Part shown: one piece after another, positions 12,311-25,200 of the stretch | Layout: every line of letters starts with the position of its first letter | Numbering within the stretch: position 1 is the first letter of the stretch | Origin: Mobula hypostoma | Taxonomy: Eukaryota | Direction: 5' to 3' | NCBI RefSeq assembly: GCF_963921235.1 | Contig: NC_086097.1 | Span: forward strand, 115,508,001-115,572,000 | DNA: 64,000 bases | The notes under the pieces: model-generated | What the model was told of the DNA's origin: nothing | The model's input: only the letters and a program-made list of their open reading frames with translations | The model's database searches: none | Made by a program: the position numbers and the translations under genes

Positions 12311-13039
12311 GATGTTCCTATCGAATAGACAGCAGAAGATCAATGCAAAGAATGTAGCAGGTGAAGAACTGGTTCTTTGCTAATTACTGTCTAACCCTAC
12401 CCCAGAGGCAAAAAAAAATCTAGTTGGCTAATGTGGAGTCCTGGCATTGTCCTTTTTTCCCTCTCAGGACATACTGAGGAAAATGGTTAATTAGCAATTA
12501 ATTATAACTTGGAAACATTTCCATAGAATTTGGGCAATACTATACCCTGTGTTTAATAGCATAACCTACAGTGCAAAGCTGCTGCCCACGGCCTTTGTTG
12601 ACCAGTCTCAGCAGCACTAAATGATGATACTTCATTGAATCTATCATCGTTTAACGGGACATAATGCTGACATTGGGAGACTTGAGTGACAGCTTCTAAG
12701 CTCCATGTCTGTTTCTCAGATACCTTCCAAGCTTCGCAGAGCAACACACACAAAATGTTGGAGGAACTCAGCAGATCCAGCAGCATTTATGGAAAGGAGT
12801 AGATAGTTCTTATTTCATGCTGAGACCCTTCATCAATGTGTTAAAACTAACAGGGAATTCTTTTGCACCACTTAGCTGTTGGTATATGGAGATACGAGAG
12901 ACCATAGACGATGGTATCTGGATCAAACAGCTGGAGTAACTCAGGGAGCAAAGGTATTGTCAACATTTCAGGTAGAGACCCTGCATTCAGAATCAGAGTG
13001 TAGAAGGAAGATAGCCAGTTGGTTAACACAGCTTTTCCT

Positions 13040-13215
13040 TACCCCTGCCACAGACCATGGGGCCTGAAAGCATACAAGGGTTCACTCCCTTGAAGGATGT
13101 CCTGCTGTCAGACTCCAAGACAAAGATGACAGGATCTCTTGATGCTGTGGGGATCTGGACAGGTTCAGCATTATTCTCCTTTCCAAAGTGTGCATTAAAG
13201 GCATTGAACAAACGA
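13040..13215 (-). mobile_element. Rex1/Babar ORF fragment abutting the HERO 5' end
   Basis: NAFNAHFGKEN...RTSFKGVNP is similar to LNAFY..ERENT...LKRVNP of the element at 26746. Confidence 0.7.
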
Positions 13216-16200
13216 CGATGAGGAAGCAGTGTGCATGTGGCAAGATCTGCAAGAACGATCGCGGCTTGAAGGTCCACCAAGCAAGGATGAAGTTTCTGGC
13301 AGGAGCAGGAGCAGCACAACGCGCAGGTGTCCAACCTGGTGAGACGAAAGAGGGGCCAGGCCCGGAGTCACCCCATAGTGCCCGGAACCTCCAAGTGTTG
13401 CAAACTAAACCCTCTAACATGAAGTCTAATAGGAGGCAGATCAAATGGCCTGCAGCTAACATGACTTCACTGTGGAAGCAGTTTGATGATGATGTTAACC
13501 AAATTCTGGAGGCAACGGCGAAGGGAGGGGTTGATAGGAAGCTGCAAGCCATGACAACAATTATTGTCAGCATCGCAGCTGAACGGTTCGGAGAAGAGGA
13601 GAAGAAAGGCTCCAAAACATCTTACTCGAAGAACCAAAGAGCGTTGAGGATCCACAACATCAGGCAGGAGATGAAAGCGCTGAAGTCCCAATACAAGGAG
13701 GCAGGAGAAGAGGAGCGCATTGGCTTGGCCCAGCTGATGTGCATACTATGAAAGAAGATCAGGGTCCTCCGCCGGGCAGAGTGGCATTGGAGGCAGCGTC
13801 CTGAAACTGCCCGAAAACGTGCTGCCTTTATCGCCAACCCCTTCAAGTTCACCAAGGAGTTGCTAGGGGAGAAACGCAGTGGGAAACTGGCCTGTTCGCA
13901 GGAAGACATAGACCAACATCTGAAGAAGATATATAATGATCCTGAAAGAGAGCAGGAGTTGGGAGAGTGCAACATCCTAATAGACCCACCTGAACCGGAT
14001 GTGCAGTTCGACATGTCAGAGCTGCAACTGAGAGAGGTCGTCCGCAAAGCAAGGGCAAGCTCGGCTCCAGGACCAAGCAACACCTCGTACAAAGTGTACA
14101 AGAACTGCCCCAAACTCCAGCTGCGTCTGTGGAAGGTCCTGAGAACCTTCTGAAGAAGGGGGAAAATCCCAGATCAGTGGAGAGTGGCTGAAGGGGTGTG
14201 GATCCCGAAGGAGGAAAATGCCACCCAGATAGATCAGTTTCGCATCATCTCCCTGCTGAGTGTCGAGGCGAAGATCTTCTTCAGTGCAGTTTCCAACCGG
14301 TTGTGCACCTACCTAGCAAAGAACATCTATATTGATACATCAGTCCAGAAGGGTGGCATTTCAGGGATGCCGGGCAGTCTGGAGCACATCAGTATGGTGA
14401 CACAGCTCATCAGGGAGGCCAGAGAGAACAAGGGCAACCTGTCAGTGTTGTGGCTCGACCTGGCAAATGCATATGGCTCCATTCCGCACAAGCTGGTGCA
14501 GCTCACACTGACCAAATATCACGTCCCCAGCAGAATCAGAGACCTTATCGCTGATTATTACAGCAACTTCAGGATGAGGGTCTCTTCACGAGCAATTACA
14601 TCAACCTGGCACAAGGTGGAGGTCGGCATCATCACAGGGTGCAGTATCTCAGTGACATTGTTCTCTCTAGTCATGAACATGCTCACTAAGTCTGCTGAAC
14701 CAGAGTGCAGAGGGCCCAGAATGAATTCTGCTCAATGGCAACCACCTATCAGGGCATTCATGGATGACCTCACAGTCACCACAGAATCAGTCCCAGGCTG
14801 CCGGTATTTTGCAGTGGCTCAAAAAGCTGGTAGAGTGGGCCTGGATGTGTTTCATGCCAGTCAAATCAAGATCTATGGTGCTGAGGAAAGGGAAGGTGGA
14901 GAACAAGTTCCGGTTCAGCATCGCAGGCACAGCCATCCCAACCATCACAGAAAAGCCAGTCAAGAGCTTAGGCAAGGTTTTTGACAGCTCTTTAAGGGCC
15001 ACAACATCCATTCAGGCAACCTGCACCGAGTTGGATGGCTGGCTGAAATCTGTGGACAAGTCTGGCCTACCTGAGAAGTTCAAAGCCTGGGTGTATCAGC
15101 ATGACATTCTTCCCAGAATCCTGTGGCCCCTCCTCGTCTATGCAGTTCCGATCTCGACAGTCGAAACCTTAGAGAGGAGGGTTAGCAACCACCTCAGGAG
15201 ATGGCTGGGGCTGCCAAAGAGCCTGAGCAGCATCGCACTCTATGGACACCACAACAAACAGCAACTGCCCTTCAAATCCTTGGAGGAAGAATTCAAGGTA
15301 ACAAGAGCCAGAGAAGTGCTACAGTATAGGGACTCAAGTGATCCGAAGGTAGCTAGAGCAGGGATCCAAGTGAGGATGGCAGGAAGTGGAAGGCAGAGGA
15401 AGCTGTTCAGGAAGCAGAGGCGAGGCTCTGTCACAGGAGGCTGGTGGGAGTGGTCACATGAGGCTGAGCTGGGCTAGGATCTTTTCCAACTCCCCAAATG
15501 GACACCAAAGGGAAGGAAAGGCGGCGTCTAGTTCAGGAGGAGGTGAGAGCAGTAGTAGAGGAGATGAGAGCCTGCAAGGTGGTGAGAATGAAGCAACAGG
15601 GAGCTTGGACAAGATGGAAGAATGCAGTTGAGAGGAAAGTGACCTGGGCTGATCTTTGGAAAGCTGAGCCACACTGCATCCAATTTCTCATCCAGGCAGT
15701 GTACGATGTGCTTCCAAGCCCATCAAACCTGCACACATGGGGCTGTGCAAGGGCACTTGGTGAGGGACGGTACAGGTGGAGGCATGATCAGGTCCTGAAG
15801 AACATCGCTGAAGCCGTCAGTGCAGGAGTTGAGTGGGCGAAGCGGTCCCGACCCTTCAAGCAGACCATTGCCTTTGTCAGAGCTGGGGAGCAGCCAATAC
15901 CTGCCAAAAGAACATCTGCAGGCATTCTGACCTCTGCAAGGGACTGGCAGCTGTTGGTGGACCTCGAAGGGCAGCTGAAGTTCCCCAATCATATCGCAGC
16001 TACCACCCTGCAACCAGACATTGTCCTGGTGTCTGAGTCTACTAAGCAAGTGGTACTGCTGGAGCTGACAGTCCCATGGGAAGATAACTTGGAAGAGGCC
16101 TTTGAAAGGAAGCTCTCCAAGTACTCAGGACTGGTCAGCAACTGTCAGCAGGCTGGATGGAGAGCGAGATGTCTCCCAGTGGAGGTTGGATGTAGGGGGT

Positions 16201-16490
16201 TCACAGCCTGTTCCTTAGCTAGAGTCTTCAGCATTTTGGGCATCGAGGGAGAGAAGAAGAGGAGAGCCATCCGCAGTACCACCGATGCGGCAGAGAGGGC
16301 CTCAAGATGGCTGTGGCTCAAAAGAGGGGAGCCATGGAGTCATAAGTAGCTAGCCATCTGGACACAAGCTGGGGTCTGATCAGCCCTGGCTGGGTCACCG
16401 AGAGGAGGGTGTATGATGTTGATAGACCCGAAACACCCGATGATTCCAGGAACATCACTGAAGATGTGTCCAGAGGCATCAGTAGATGTA
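13215..16490 (+). mobile_element. HERO-type (R2-group) non-LTR retrotransposon with a restriction-like endonuclease; near full length, inactivated
   Basis: N-terminal Zn finger CACGKICKNDRGLKVH. RT motifs SAPGP, WLDLANAYGS and AFMDDL. RWRHD and the RLE motif PDIVLV...ELTVPWE...K. Single ORF broken by stops and frameshifts, ending at TAG 16349. Confidence 0.9.
16357..16474 (+). ncRNA. Candidate non-circularly permuted hammerhead ribozyme in the HERO 3' UTR
   Basis: CTGAAGA at 16458-16464, GAAA at 16430-16433 and a GUA triplet at 16411-16413. Perfect helices III (6 bp), I (7 bp) and II (6 bp), plus a 10-bp closing helix. Confidence 0.6.
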
Positions 16491-17169
16491 TGCACAGAGC
16501 TCATCCGGGAGTGACATATCACAGCATAGAACCCCCTCTCCCTCCTGGATCTTTCCACCCATCAATCCGAAAGAATGATGATTCTTCTTCCCACCACAAA
16601 AGCTGATCGGCCTGATGAGTTCCTCGAGCAGTTTTTAGCTGTTGGTATACTTGTTTGGTGGATGCTCCATTCCATTTCTGACATCACTGGTAATGTTCCT
16701 TTCCACTGTGACATGACAAAGTCTGCACTAATGTCAGAAGCCCCAGCAGCGATAAAGTGCTCACAATCATTCCATCCAACAAAGGAAATGATACAATAAA
16801 AATATAAAGACTGCGTTGGCTTTTGGGCTTCAATGTACAGGTACCTCCCCATGTGTACAGGTGTCCAGGGAGTGGTAGTAACACCTCTGGTGAAGGGGCT
16901 TGTCATGTCCATTCAGGGGCAACTCATTCACCTTTGGTCCTCATCAGAGACTCCTCTCTCACCTGTGGCTCCAACTAGCTGTTGGCTACCTGGCTGCACC
17001 TGGTGCACCGCTTCCACAGGCAGGCTAAACCAGCGGAACCGAGCCAGCTGGCCTCACACTGCCGAAACATGGACACGGCTGTCACAGCACGTGAAGTCAG
17101 TCCTGGCAAACTGGGTGGTTGAGATCAGCCACTTGATGAAGGAGCAGGCTGACCACTCCTCATTGCACA

Positions 17170-17900
17170 CACAGTAAACAGCTCCTCCATGGAGAGAGTT
17201 TGGAGCACCAAGTTTCTGAGTGTGCACATAACAATCTCACCTAGTCCCTCAACACCACCTCTTTAGTCAAGAAAGCACAGTAGCAACTCCATTTCCTGAG
17301 AAGACTGAGGCAAGCAAGGCCCCCACCATTCTAACCAATTTTTAAGAGTTCCCTGCCCTGTGGCATCATCACCTGGTATGGGAATTGCAAGGCATCTGAG
17401 CACAAGACCCTACGTAGGACTTAAGGACTGCTGAGAGGATCATCAGGGCCTCTCTTCCCCCACCACCCCCATCCGAGATGTTTACCAGGAGCACTGTGTA
17501 GACAGGAACCTTAACACTGTCAACGATCCTTCCCATCAGTCCAACAATCTCTTTGACCCCCTACCATCAAGTAGGAGGCACAGCAGCATTAGGACAAAGA
17601 CTGTTAGAATGGCAAAGAGCTTCTCGCTCCAGGCCATGAGACTATGGAACAGCCTGCCATCACGCAGATCTCACCATGTGTGAAGTGCGTAGCATTAGAC
17701 TGTACTTTTTAGCATGTGTCACAAATGCAACTCATTATATGTTAATTCATTTGAGGTTAATATTACTTTACGTGTTGTGTGTGTGTGTTACATGTACAGT
17801 GTTGTACACCTTGGTCTGGAGGAACATTGATTGGTTTGGCAGCATACATGTATACTGTTGGAATAACAACAAACTTGAACATGAAGTTGAACTTGGACTT
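17170..17900 (+). mobile_element. Degraded Rex1/Babar LINE 3' end
   Basis: Similar to 27750-28230 (VE..KFLG, KKAQQRL..LR, LPSGRR..S.FP region). AAACTTGAAC-type tail. Confidence 0.65.
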
Positions 17901-18859
17901 GAAATAGGCAAGATTCAATTGCCCGGAAGGTGGTTCTACAATGCTTCATGGAAAGTGAAAGACACAGAAGAGGTCATGACCATCCACTGTAGACAAGGAT
18001 AATCCCACTTGTAGTGACTACTCTTCTGCTCTTACGACTGGAGTTTGGGAGTGAGTGCTGTCAAAGGGATTTGGCTCAAAACATCAATTATACTTTTTTC
18101 CATAGATGCTGCCTGGCCTGCTGAGTTCCTCCAGCATTTTCTGTGTGTTGTTCAGTGCCATGGCTTTTTCCACTTTAAAACTCTTTCATACTGTTTTTTT
18201 TCACACAGGTCACATCATAGAAGAACTGCACAAATCTAATTCTCATCATCAGATACGACAGTCGACTAACCTCATTTTCAGCTTTACCATCTAATTACCT
18301 GAGGCTTTGGAATGGGCTGGGTTGATCAGACCCAACATTTTGAGTGTCCAGGAGATGTGGTAATAAATGTACAAGCACAACAAAGTAACTTAAGTTTAAT
18401 TTATTGTCATAAAATAAAACATGTAGCAAGTCACAAAGATTTCAGGGCTCATGATTCTTTGTCATCGCTTGATTGCTGCTGTTGTCGGAAAAACTCAGAA
18501 TTCCGAATCACTCATGAAATCACACCTGTGTCCCAGGCACTGATCACAACATCTGGCCCTCAGTTGAAGTCTGAAGTCTGATGAAATCGGGAAAGGCACC
18601 CTGCTTAATATGAGCTTCACAAGCACAGAGTAACCACGAGCCAGACTAATTCTTTGATCTTTAGTCTCAACACTGTCTGTCTCTTTTTCAAACACATCCT
18701 GTATCCATTAACACAGTGTTCAACATACCCTCATAAATCAATTAGACATTGTAATGGTCACTCCTTGTCCATTAATCCACTGATATTTTAGACACAATAT
18801 TCCTTTGGACTTACAAAAGAACATTAATGTCTTCATACATAAATAATGAGCCCAAATGA

Positions 18860-21800
18860 AGAATCCATCACCTCCTCATGCCTGTCCCTTAAAGTGGACC
18901 CATCTCCAGACCATCAGAAAACTGCCTCCAACACCATCACTGACCTCATCAACTATGGAGAATTCCCACCCACTGCCACCAAACTCATAGTTTCCTTACC
19001 ACACACTGCTCGCTTCTACCTCCTACCCAAGATCTACAGACCTGGTTGTCTGGGTAGGCCCATTCTCTCTGCCTGCTCCTACCCCATTGAATTCATGTCC
19101 TCATACCTCAACTCCATTCTATACCCCTTGGTTCTGTTCTTTTCCACCTACATCCACAACACCTCTCATGCTCTTGATCTTCTCACTAATTTTCAGTTCC
19201 CTGGCCCTGATCACCTTATTTTCACCATGGGTGTCCACTGCCGAAACTTCTAACCCCAACAAGAAGACTTTAAAGCTCTCTGCTTCTTTCTCCTCAAAAG
19301 AACCAAACAGTTCCCCTCCACCATCACACTTCTCTGACCTCATCCTCACCAATTTTTCATTCAGCTCCTCCCACTTTCTCCTGGCTTGAGAGATAGTTAT
19401 GGGCATCCGCATGAGCCCCCGCTATGCCTGCATTTCTGTTAGCTACGTAGAAAAGTCCATGTTCCAAGCCTTCTCTGTTAATGCTCCCCAACTCTTCCTC
19501 CGCTATATTGAAGACTGCATTGGTGTTGCTTCATGCACCAAGGTTGAGCTCATCAATATCATCAAATTTGACTACAGCTTCCACCCTGCTCTTAATTTCA
19601 CCTGGTCCATTTTTGACACTACCTTCCCCTTTCTCGCTCTTTCTGTCTCCATCTCTGGAGATAAACTGTCAACTAACATCTTTTACAAACCTACTGATTC
19701 CCACAGCTATCTTAAACTATATCTCTTCCCATCCTGTTTCCTATAAAGATGCTGTTCCTTTCTCACAGTTCCTCTGTCTCCACCACATCTGTTCCCAGGA
19801 TGAGGCTTTCCTTTTGAGGAGATCAGAGATGTCCTCCTTCTTCAAAGAACAGGGTTTCCCTTCCTTCACCATAGGTACTACCCTCACTCGCATCTCTTCC
19901 ATTTCTCAAACATCTATACTCACCCCATCTTCCCACTGCCGTAACAGTTCCTCTTGTCCTTACCTCCTACCCCATCAAACCCTGCATCCGGCAAATCATT
20001 CTTTGCAACTTAAGCAAATCTCCAAAGGGATCTTAGCACAAAAACATATCTTTACCTCTATTTTGCGCAAGAATTGCTCCCTCCATGACTCCTTTGTCCA
20101 TTTATCTGTCCCCACTAATCTCCCTCGCAACTCAACTGCCATAGTGCTACACTTGCCCATTCATTTCCTCCCTCATCTCTATTCAGGGCACCAAGCAGTA
20201 TCTCTCAGAGGCAACACTCATCCTGCAATTCTTTTGGGGATGTCTATTGCATCTGGTGCTCCTGATACAGCATTCTCTACATTAGTGAGACTTCTTGTAA
20301 ATTGGGGCACTGCTTTGTGGAGCACTTCCACTCCATTCGCCAAAACTGAAACTTCCCGTTGGCTAAATACTTTAGTGACGATTCCCATTCCTGTTCTGAC
20401 ATGTTGATCCTTGGCTTCCTCTTATGCCACAATGAGGCCACCCTCAGGATGGTGAAGCACCACCTTATATTCGGTCTGGGTAACCTCCAATCTGATGGCA
20501 TGAATGTTGATTTCTCCTTTCGGTAAAAAGTATTTTTCCTTCCCTTTCCCCTTTTCTTCTATTCCCCACTCTTGTCTAATACCTCTTCTCACCTGCCTAT
20601 CACCTCTGCATAGGTTCCCGCTTCCTTCTGTCATGGTCTGGTCTGTGAAGTCCGCATTCGAGTTCACAGTCCGGTCCATCGATCCTTATTCCAGGTTTTC
20701 TGGTTTTCCCTTATCCTGAGTGTGCCTTAATTGAGGCACATGACTCTCATCTTGGGCTGGCTACATAAAACAGCTCCTGAGTTCAGCTTCAGTTGCTGGA
20801 CTGTTCCCTTCCCTTCCCCTTCCTTCTGTAGCCCTTACCTGCTACCTTCGCCTGAAGCCTTGCCTGAAACCTTTGCCTTAAGCCTTGCCTGCTACCTCGC
20901 TTGTGTCCACACCTCCACCAGGTAGGTCCGGCTGTTTGCTGCTATTTTGAGTGGAGATCTGTCTCTTCAGTGTTCTGTTTATGAGTCCCGACCCTACGTC
21001 CTGCTCCCTAGGAGGGGTCCTGACACTGTGTTGAGCCCCGGCCCCAAGTCCTGTTCCCAAGGAGGGGTCCCAACTCTGTGTTCCTGTCCCCCTTGACCGA
21101 GGCTCTGTGCTCCTGTCCCCCTTGACCAAGTCAAGGTTTTGTGTTCTTGTCCTGTCCATGTGCCTCGCCCAGCCCAGGAGTACCTTGCCCAGCCTAGTGC
21201 TGGGGTTCCCTCGTCCTGTTGAAGTCATGTCCAAAAACCTCGTCCTGTCCAAGCCACGTCCAAGAAGCTCGTCGTGTCCAAGCCACGTCCAATAACCTCG
21301 TCCTGTCCGTGGGCCTTGTCCTATGCAGGATTTCCACGTCCTGTTCTGTAGCCATGTCCTGTCCTTGCCAAGATCCTAGTCCTGAGTCCTTACCTAGACC
21401 CGGGTTCCAGTTTCGAGCAAAGACCCAGGTTCTGAGTCCCAACCAAGATCCAGGTTCTAGGTCCTTGTCCAGGCTCTGGTTCCAGAGTTCCGTGTCAGTA
21501 GTCCAGCCTCCTTGTTCCTAGTTCCTTGTCTGGGTTCTGTGTTTTTCGTCCATGTCCTAGCCCAGGTCCTGCATCCTAGTCTCGTCCAGGACCTGTGTCA
21601 ATGTCCAGCGTCCTTTCTTCCCCACTTCCCTTGCTTTCTTGACACTCTGAGTCCGGTTCCTAGTACTTCAGTGTCTCTGTCTTGCCACCTTGTGACACCT
21701 TCTTTTTCTCCTATGGTCCACTCTCCTCTCCTAGCAGATTTCTTCATTTCCAGTGTTTTAACTTTCCTACCCATCTGGTTTCACCTTCCACCTTTTAGCT

Positions 21801-21950
21801 AACCTCCTTCCCCTTCACTCACCTTCTTATTCTGGCATCTTCCCCCTTCCTTACCAGTCCTGAAGAAGGGGCTCAGCCTGAAACATCAACCATTTATTTA
21901 TTTCCATAGATGCTGCCTGACCTGCTGAGTTTCTCCTGCATGTTTTGTGT
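18860..21950 (+). mobile_element. Penelope-like element (RT, GIY-YIG, tail with decayed hammerhead), degraded, with a solo LTR in the tail
   Basis: RFYLLPKI, GRPILSAC, LFLRYIEDC and FYKPTDSHSYL. GIY-YIG remnants at about 20230-20500. CTGAAGA...GAAAC at about 21860-21884. Confidence 0.88.
20629..21697 (+). mobile_element. Solo LTR, same family as 2588-3708
   Basis: TGTCA...TGACA termini, TSD CCTTC (20624-20628 / 21698-21702), TATA-like CATAAAA at about 20764, and internal tandem subrepeats. Confidence 0.9.
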
Positions 21951-22229
21951 TGTAAAGAATCTATCAACCTAGCTCTCAAAGTGACCAACAGACATTTAGT
22001 CACTAACAGATTTAACAGACTTTGCAAATTGAAGTTCGGAAAGAGTTAAATTGTCATTGCATGCTCCATTCATCCAATGTTTAACAAAATTTTATATAAT
22101 ATGAACTTGAGGTCTTGGTGCTATGTCACAATATTCCTTGAACAGCTGCAAAATGACTGCAGAAAGACTGCTTCCTGTCCCTTACAGTTGAAGCAGATGG
22201 GCCTGTTCACTTACACAAAGTAAGATACA

Positions 22230-25200
22230 GTCAGATGCATGACAGCAGTATTGGGGTTTGCATGACATTACTTCCTATAAGGCGAAGGATAACAATGTAA
22301 AGGTCAGTGATACTTTACTCTCCAATGAGCTCAATGACTTTTATACATGCTTTGAAAAGGTGGATAAAACTACAACTCTGCGAATCCCCATAGCATCTGG
22401 CAACCCTGTGATCGCTGTCTTTGAGGATGACGTCAGAACCTTCTTCAAGAGAATGAACCCTCGTAAGGCCCAGTCTCCGATGTTGAACCTGGCAGGGTAC
22501 AGAAATCCTGTGCCAACCATTTGGCTGGAGTGTTCAAGAACATCTTTAATCTCTCACTCTTGCAGTCAGAGGTTTCCATCTGCTTCAAATGTGCATCAAT
22601 CATACCTGTGCCCAAGAAGAGCAGGGTAAACTGCCTTAACAACTATTGCCCGCTAGCACTCACATCTACTGTAATGATGTGCTTTGAATGGTAATACTGT
22701 TTGAGTACTGTTGGGGGGGGGGGGGACAGCTTACCTGGGGGAAACGACAGTGGCCGTGCCTCCAACACAGAGTCCAGCCCTGTAGCTTAGGAGGGTAGTG
22801 AAAGGAAGAGGAGGGCAGTAGTAATAGGGGACTCGATAGTTAGGGGGTCAGAAAGGCGATTCTGTGGACACAGTCTGGAGACCCAGATGGTAGTTTGCCT
22901 TCCTGGTGCCAGGGTCCGGGATGTTTCTGATCGCATCCAAGATATCCTGTAGTGGGAGGGAGAGCAGCCAGAGGTCGTGGTACATATAGGTACCAATGAC
23001 ATAGGGAGGAAAAGGGGAGAGGTCCTGAAAGAAGAATATAGGGATTTAAGAAGGGAGTTGAGAAAAAGGACCACAAAGGTAGTAATCTTGGAATTACTGC
23101 CTGTGCCACGCGACAGTGAGAGTAGGAATGCAATGAGGTGGAGGATAAATGCGTGGCTGAGGGATTGGAGCAGGGGGCAGGGATTCAAGTTTTTGGATCA
23201 TTGGGACCTCTTTTGGCGCAGGTGTGACCAGACAAAAAGGACGGGTTACACTGGAATCCTAGGGGGACCAATATCCTGGCAGGGAGATTTGCAAGGGCTA
23301 CTGAGATGAATTTAAACTAGAATGGTTAGGGGGAGGGAAATCAAATTAAATGACTAGGAGAGAGGAGGTTAGTTCACAAATAGAGAAACCTAGTAGACAG
23401 TGTGTGAGTGAGGATAGGCAGGGGACAGAGTTCCGGAGCACTCAGACCAAAGATGTAGGGGACAAGGAAGAAAAAGATAACAAAGTTGTTTGCTCCATTA
23501 AGGATAAACAGAGAGTAAGAGGTGGGGAGTTTCTTAAATGCATTTATTTTAATGCTTGAAGCATCGTAAGAAAGGTGGATGAGCTTAGAGCATGGATTGA
23601 TACCTGAAAATATGATGTTGTAGCTATTAGTGAAACGTGGTTGCAGGTGGGGTGTGATTGGCAACTAAACATTCCAGGATTTTGTTGCTTCAGGTGTGAT
23701 AGAATAGGAGGGGCAAGAGGGGGAGGTGTTGCATTGCTTGTCAGAGAAAATATAACGGTGGTGCTCTGGCAGGATAGATTAGTGGACTCGTCTAGGGAGG
23801 CTATTTGGGTGGAATTGAGGAATGGGAAAGGTGTAGTGACGCTTATAGGGGTGTATTACAGACCACCTAATGGCGACTGAGAACTGGAGGAGCAAATTTG
23901 TAAGGAGATAGTAGATATTTGTATTAAGCACAAGGCTGTGATTGTGGGAGATTTTAATTTTCCACACATAGACTGTGAAGCCCATCCTGTAAAAGGGCTG
24001 GATTGTTCGGAGTTTGTCAAATGTGTGCAAGATAGTTTTTTGTAACAATTCATAGAGGTACCAACTAGAGAAGGAGCAGTGTTGGATCTCCTGTTAGGGA
24101 ATGAGATAGGGCAGGTGACGGAGGTATGTGTTGGGGAGCACTTTGGGTCCAGTGATCACAATACCATTAGTTTCAATATAATTATGGAGAAGGATAGGAC
24201 TGGACCCAGGATTGAGATTTTTGATTGGAGAAAGGCTAACTTTGAGGAGATGTGAATGGATTTGGAAGGAGTGGATAGGAACAATTTGTTTCATGGGAAG
24301 GATGTAATAGAGAAATGGACGTCATTTAAATGTGAAATTTTGTGGGTACAGGATCTCTATGTTCCTGTTAGGCTGAAAGGAAAGGTTAAAAGTTTGAGGG
24401 CCATGGTTTTCAAGGGATATTGGAAACTTGGTTCAGAAAAAGAGAGGGATCTACAATAAATATAGGCAGCTTGGAGTTAATGAGGTGCTTGAGGAATGTA
24501 AAGAATGTAAAAAGTATCTTAAGAAAGAAACTAGAAATGCTAAAAGAAGATACGAGGCTGCTTTGGCAAGTAAGGTGAAGATAAATCCAAAGGGTTTCTA
24601 TAGTTATATTAATAGCAAAAGGATAGTGAGGGATAAAATTGGTCCCTTGGAGAATCAGAGTGGACGGCTATGTGTGGAGCCAAAAGAAATGGGGGAGATT
24701 TTGAACAATTTCTTTTCTTTGGTATTCATGAAGGAGAACGATATTGAATTGTGTAAGATAAGGGAAACAGGTAGGGAAACTATGATGATTAATGAAGATG
24801 AAGAACTGGTGCTTTTAAGGAATATAAAAGTAGATAACTCTCCGTGTACTGATAGGATATTCCCTAGGACCTTGAGAGAAGTCAGTGTGGAAATAGCAGG
24901 GTCTCTGACATACCGAAGTAGTAAAATGGATTCAGCAGTGGCTGGATGGGAGACGCCAGAGAGTAGTGGTGGATAACTGTGTGTCAGATTGGAGGACGAT
25001 GTGTAGCGGTGCGCCTCAAGGATCTGTACCGGATCCAATGTTGTTTGTCATATATATTAATGATCTGGATGATGGGGTGGTAAATTGGATTAGTAAGTAT
25101 GCAGATGATACTAAGATAATGAAGTTGTGGATAATGAAGTAGGTTTTCAAAGCTTGCAGAGAGATTTAGGCCAGTTAGAAGAGTGGGCTGAAAGATGGCA

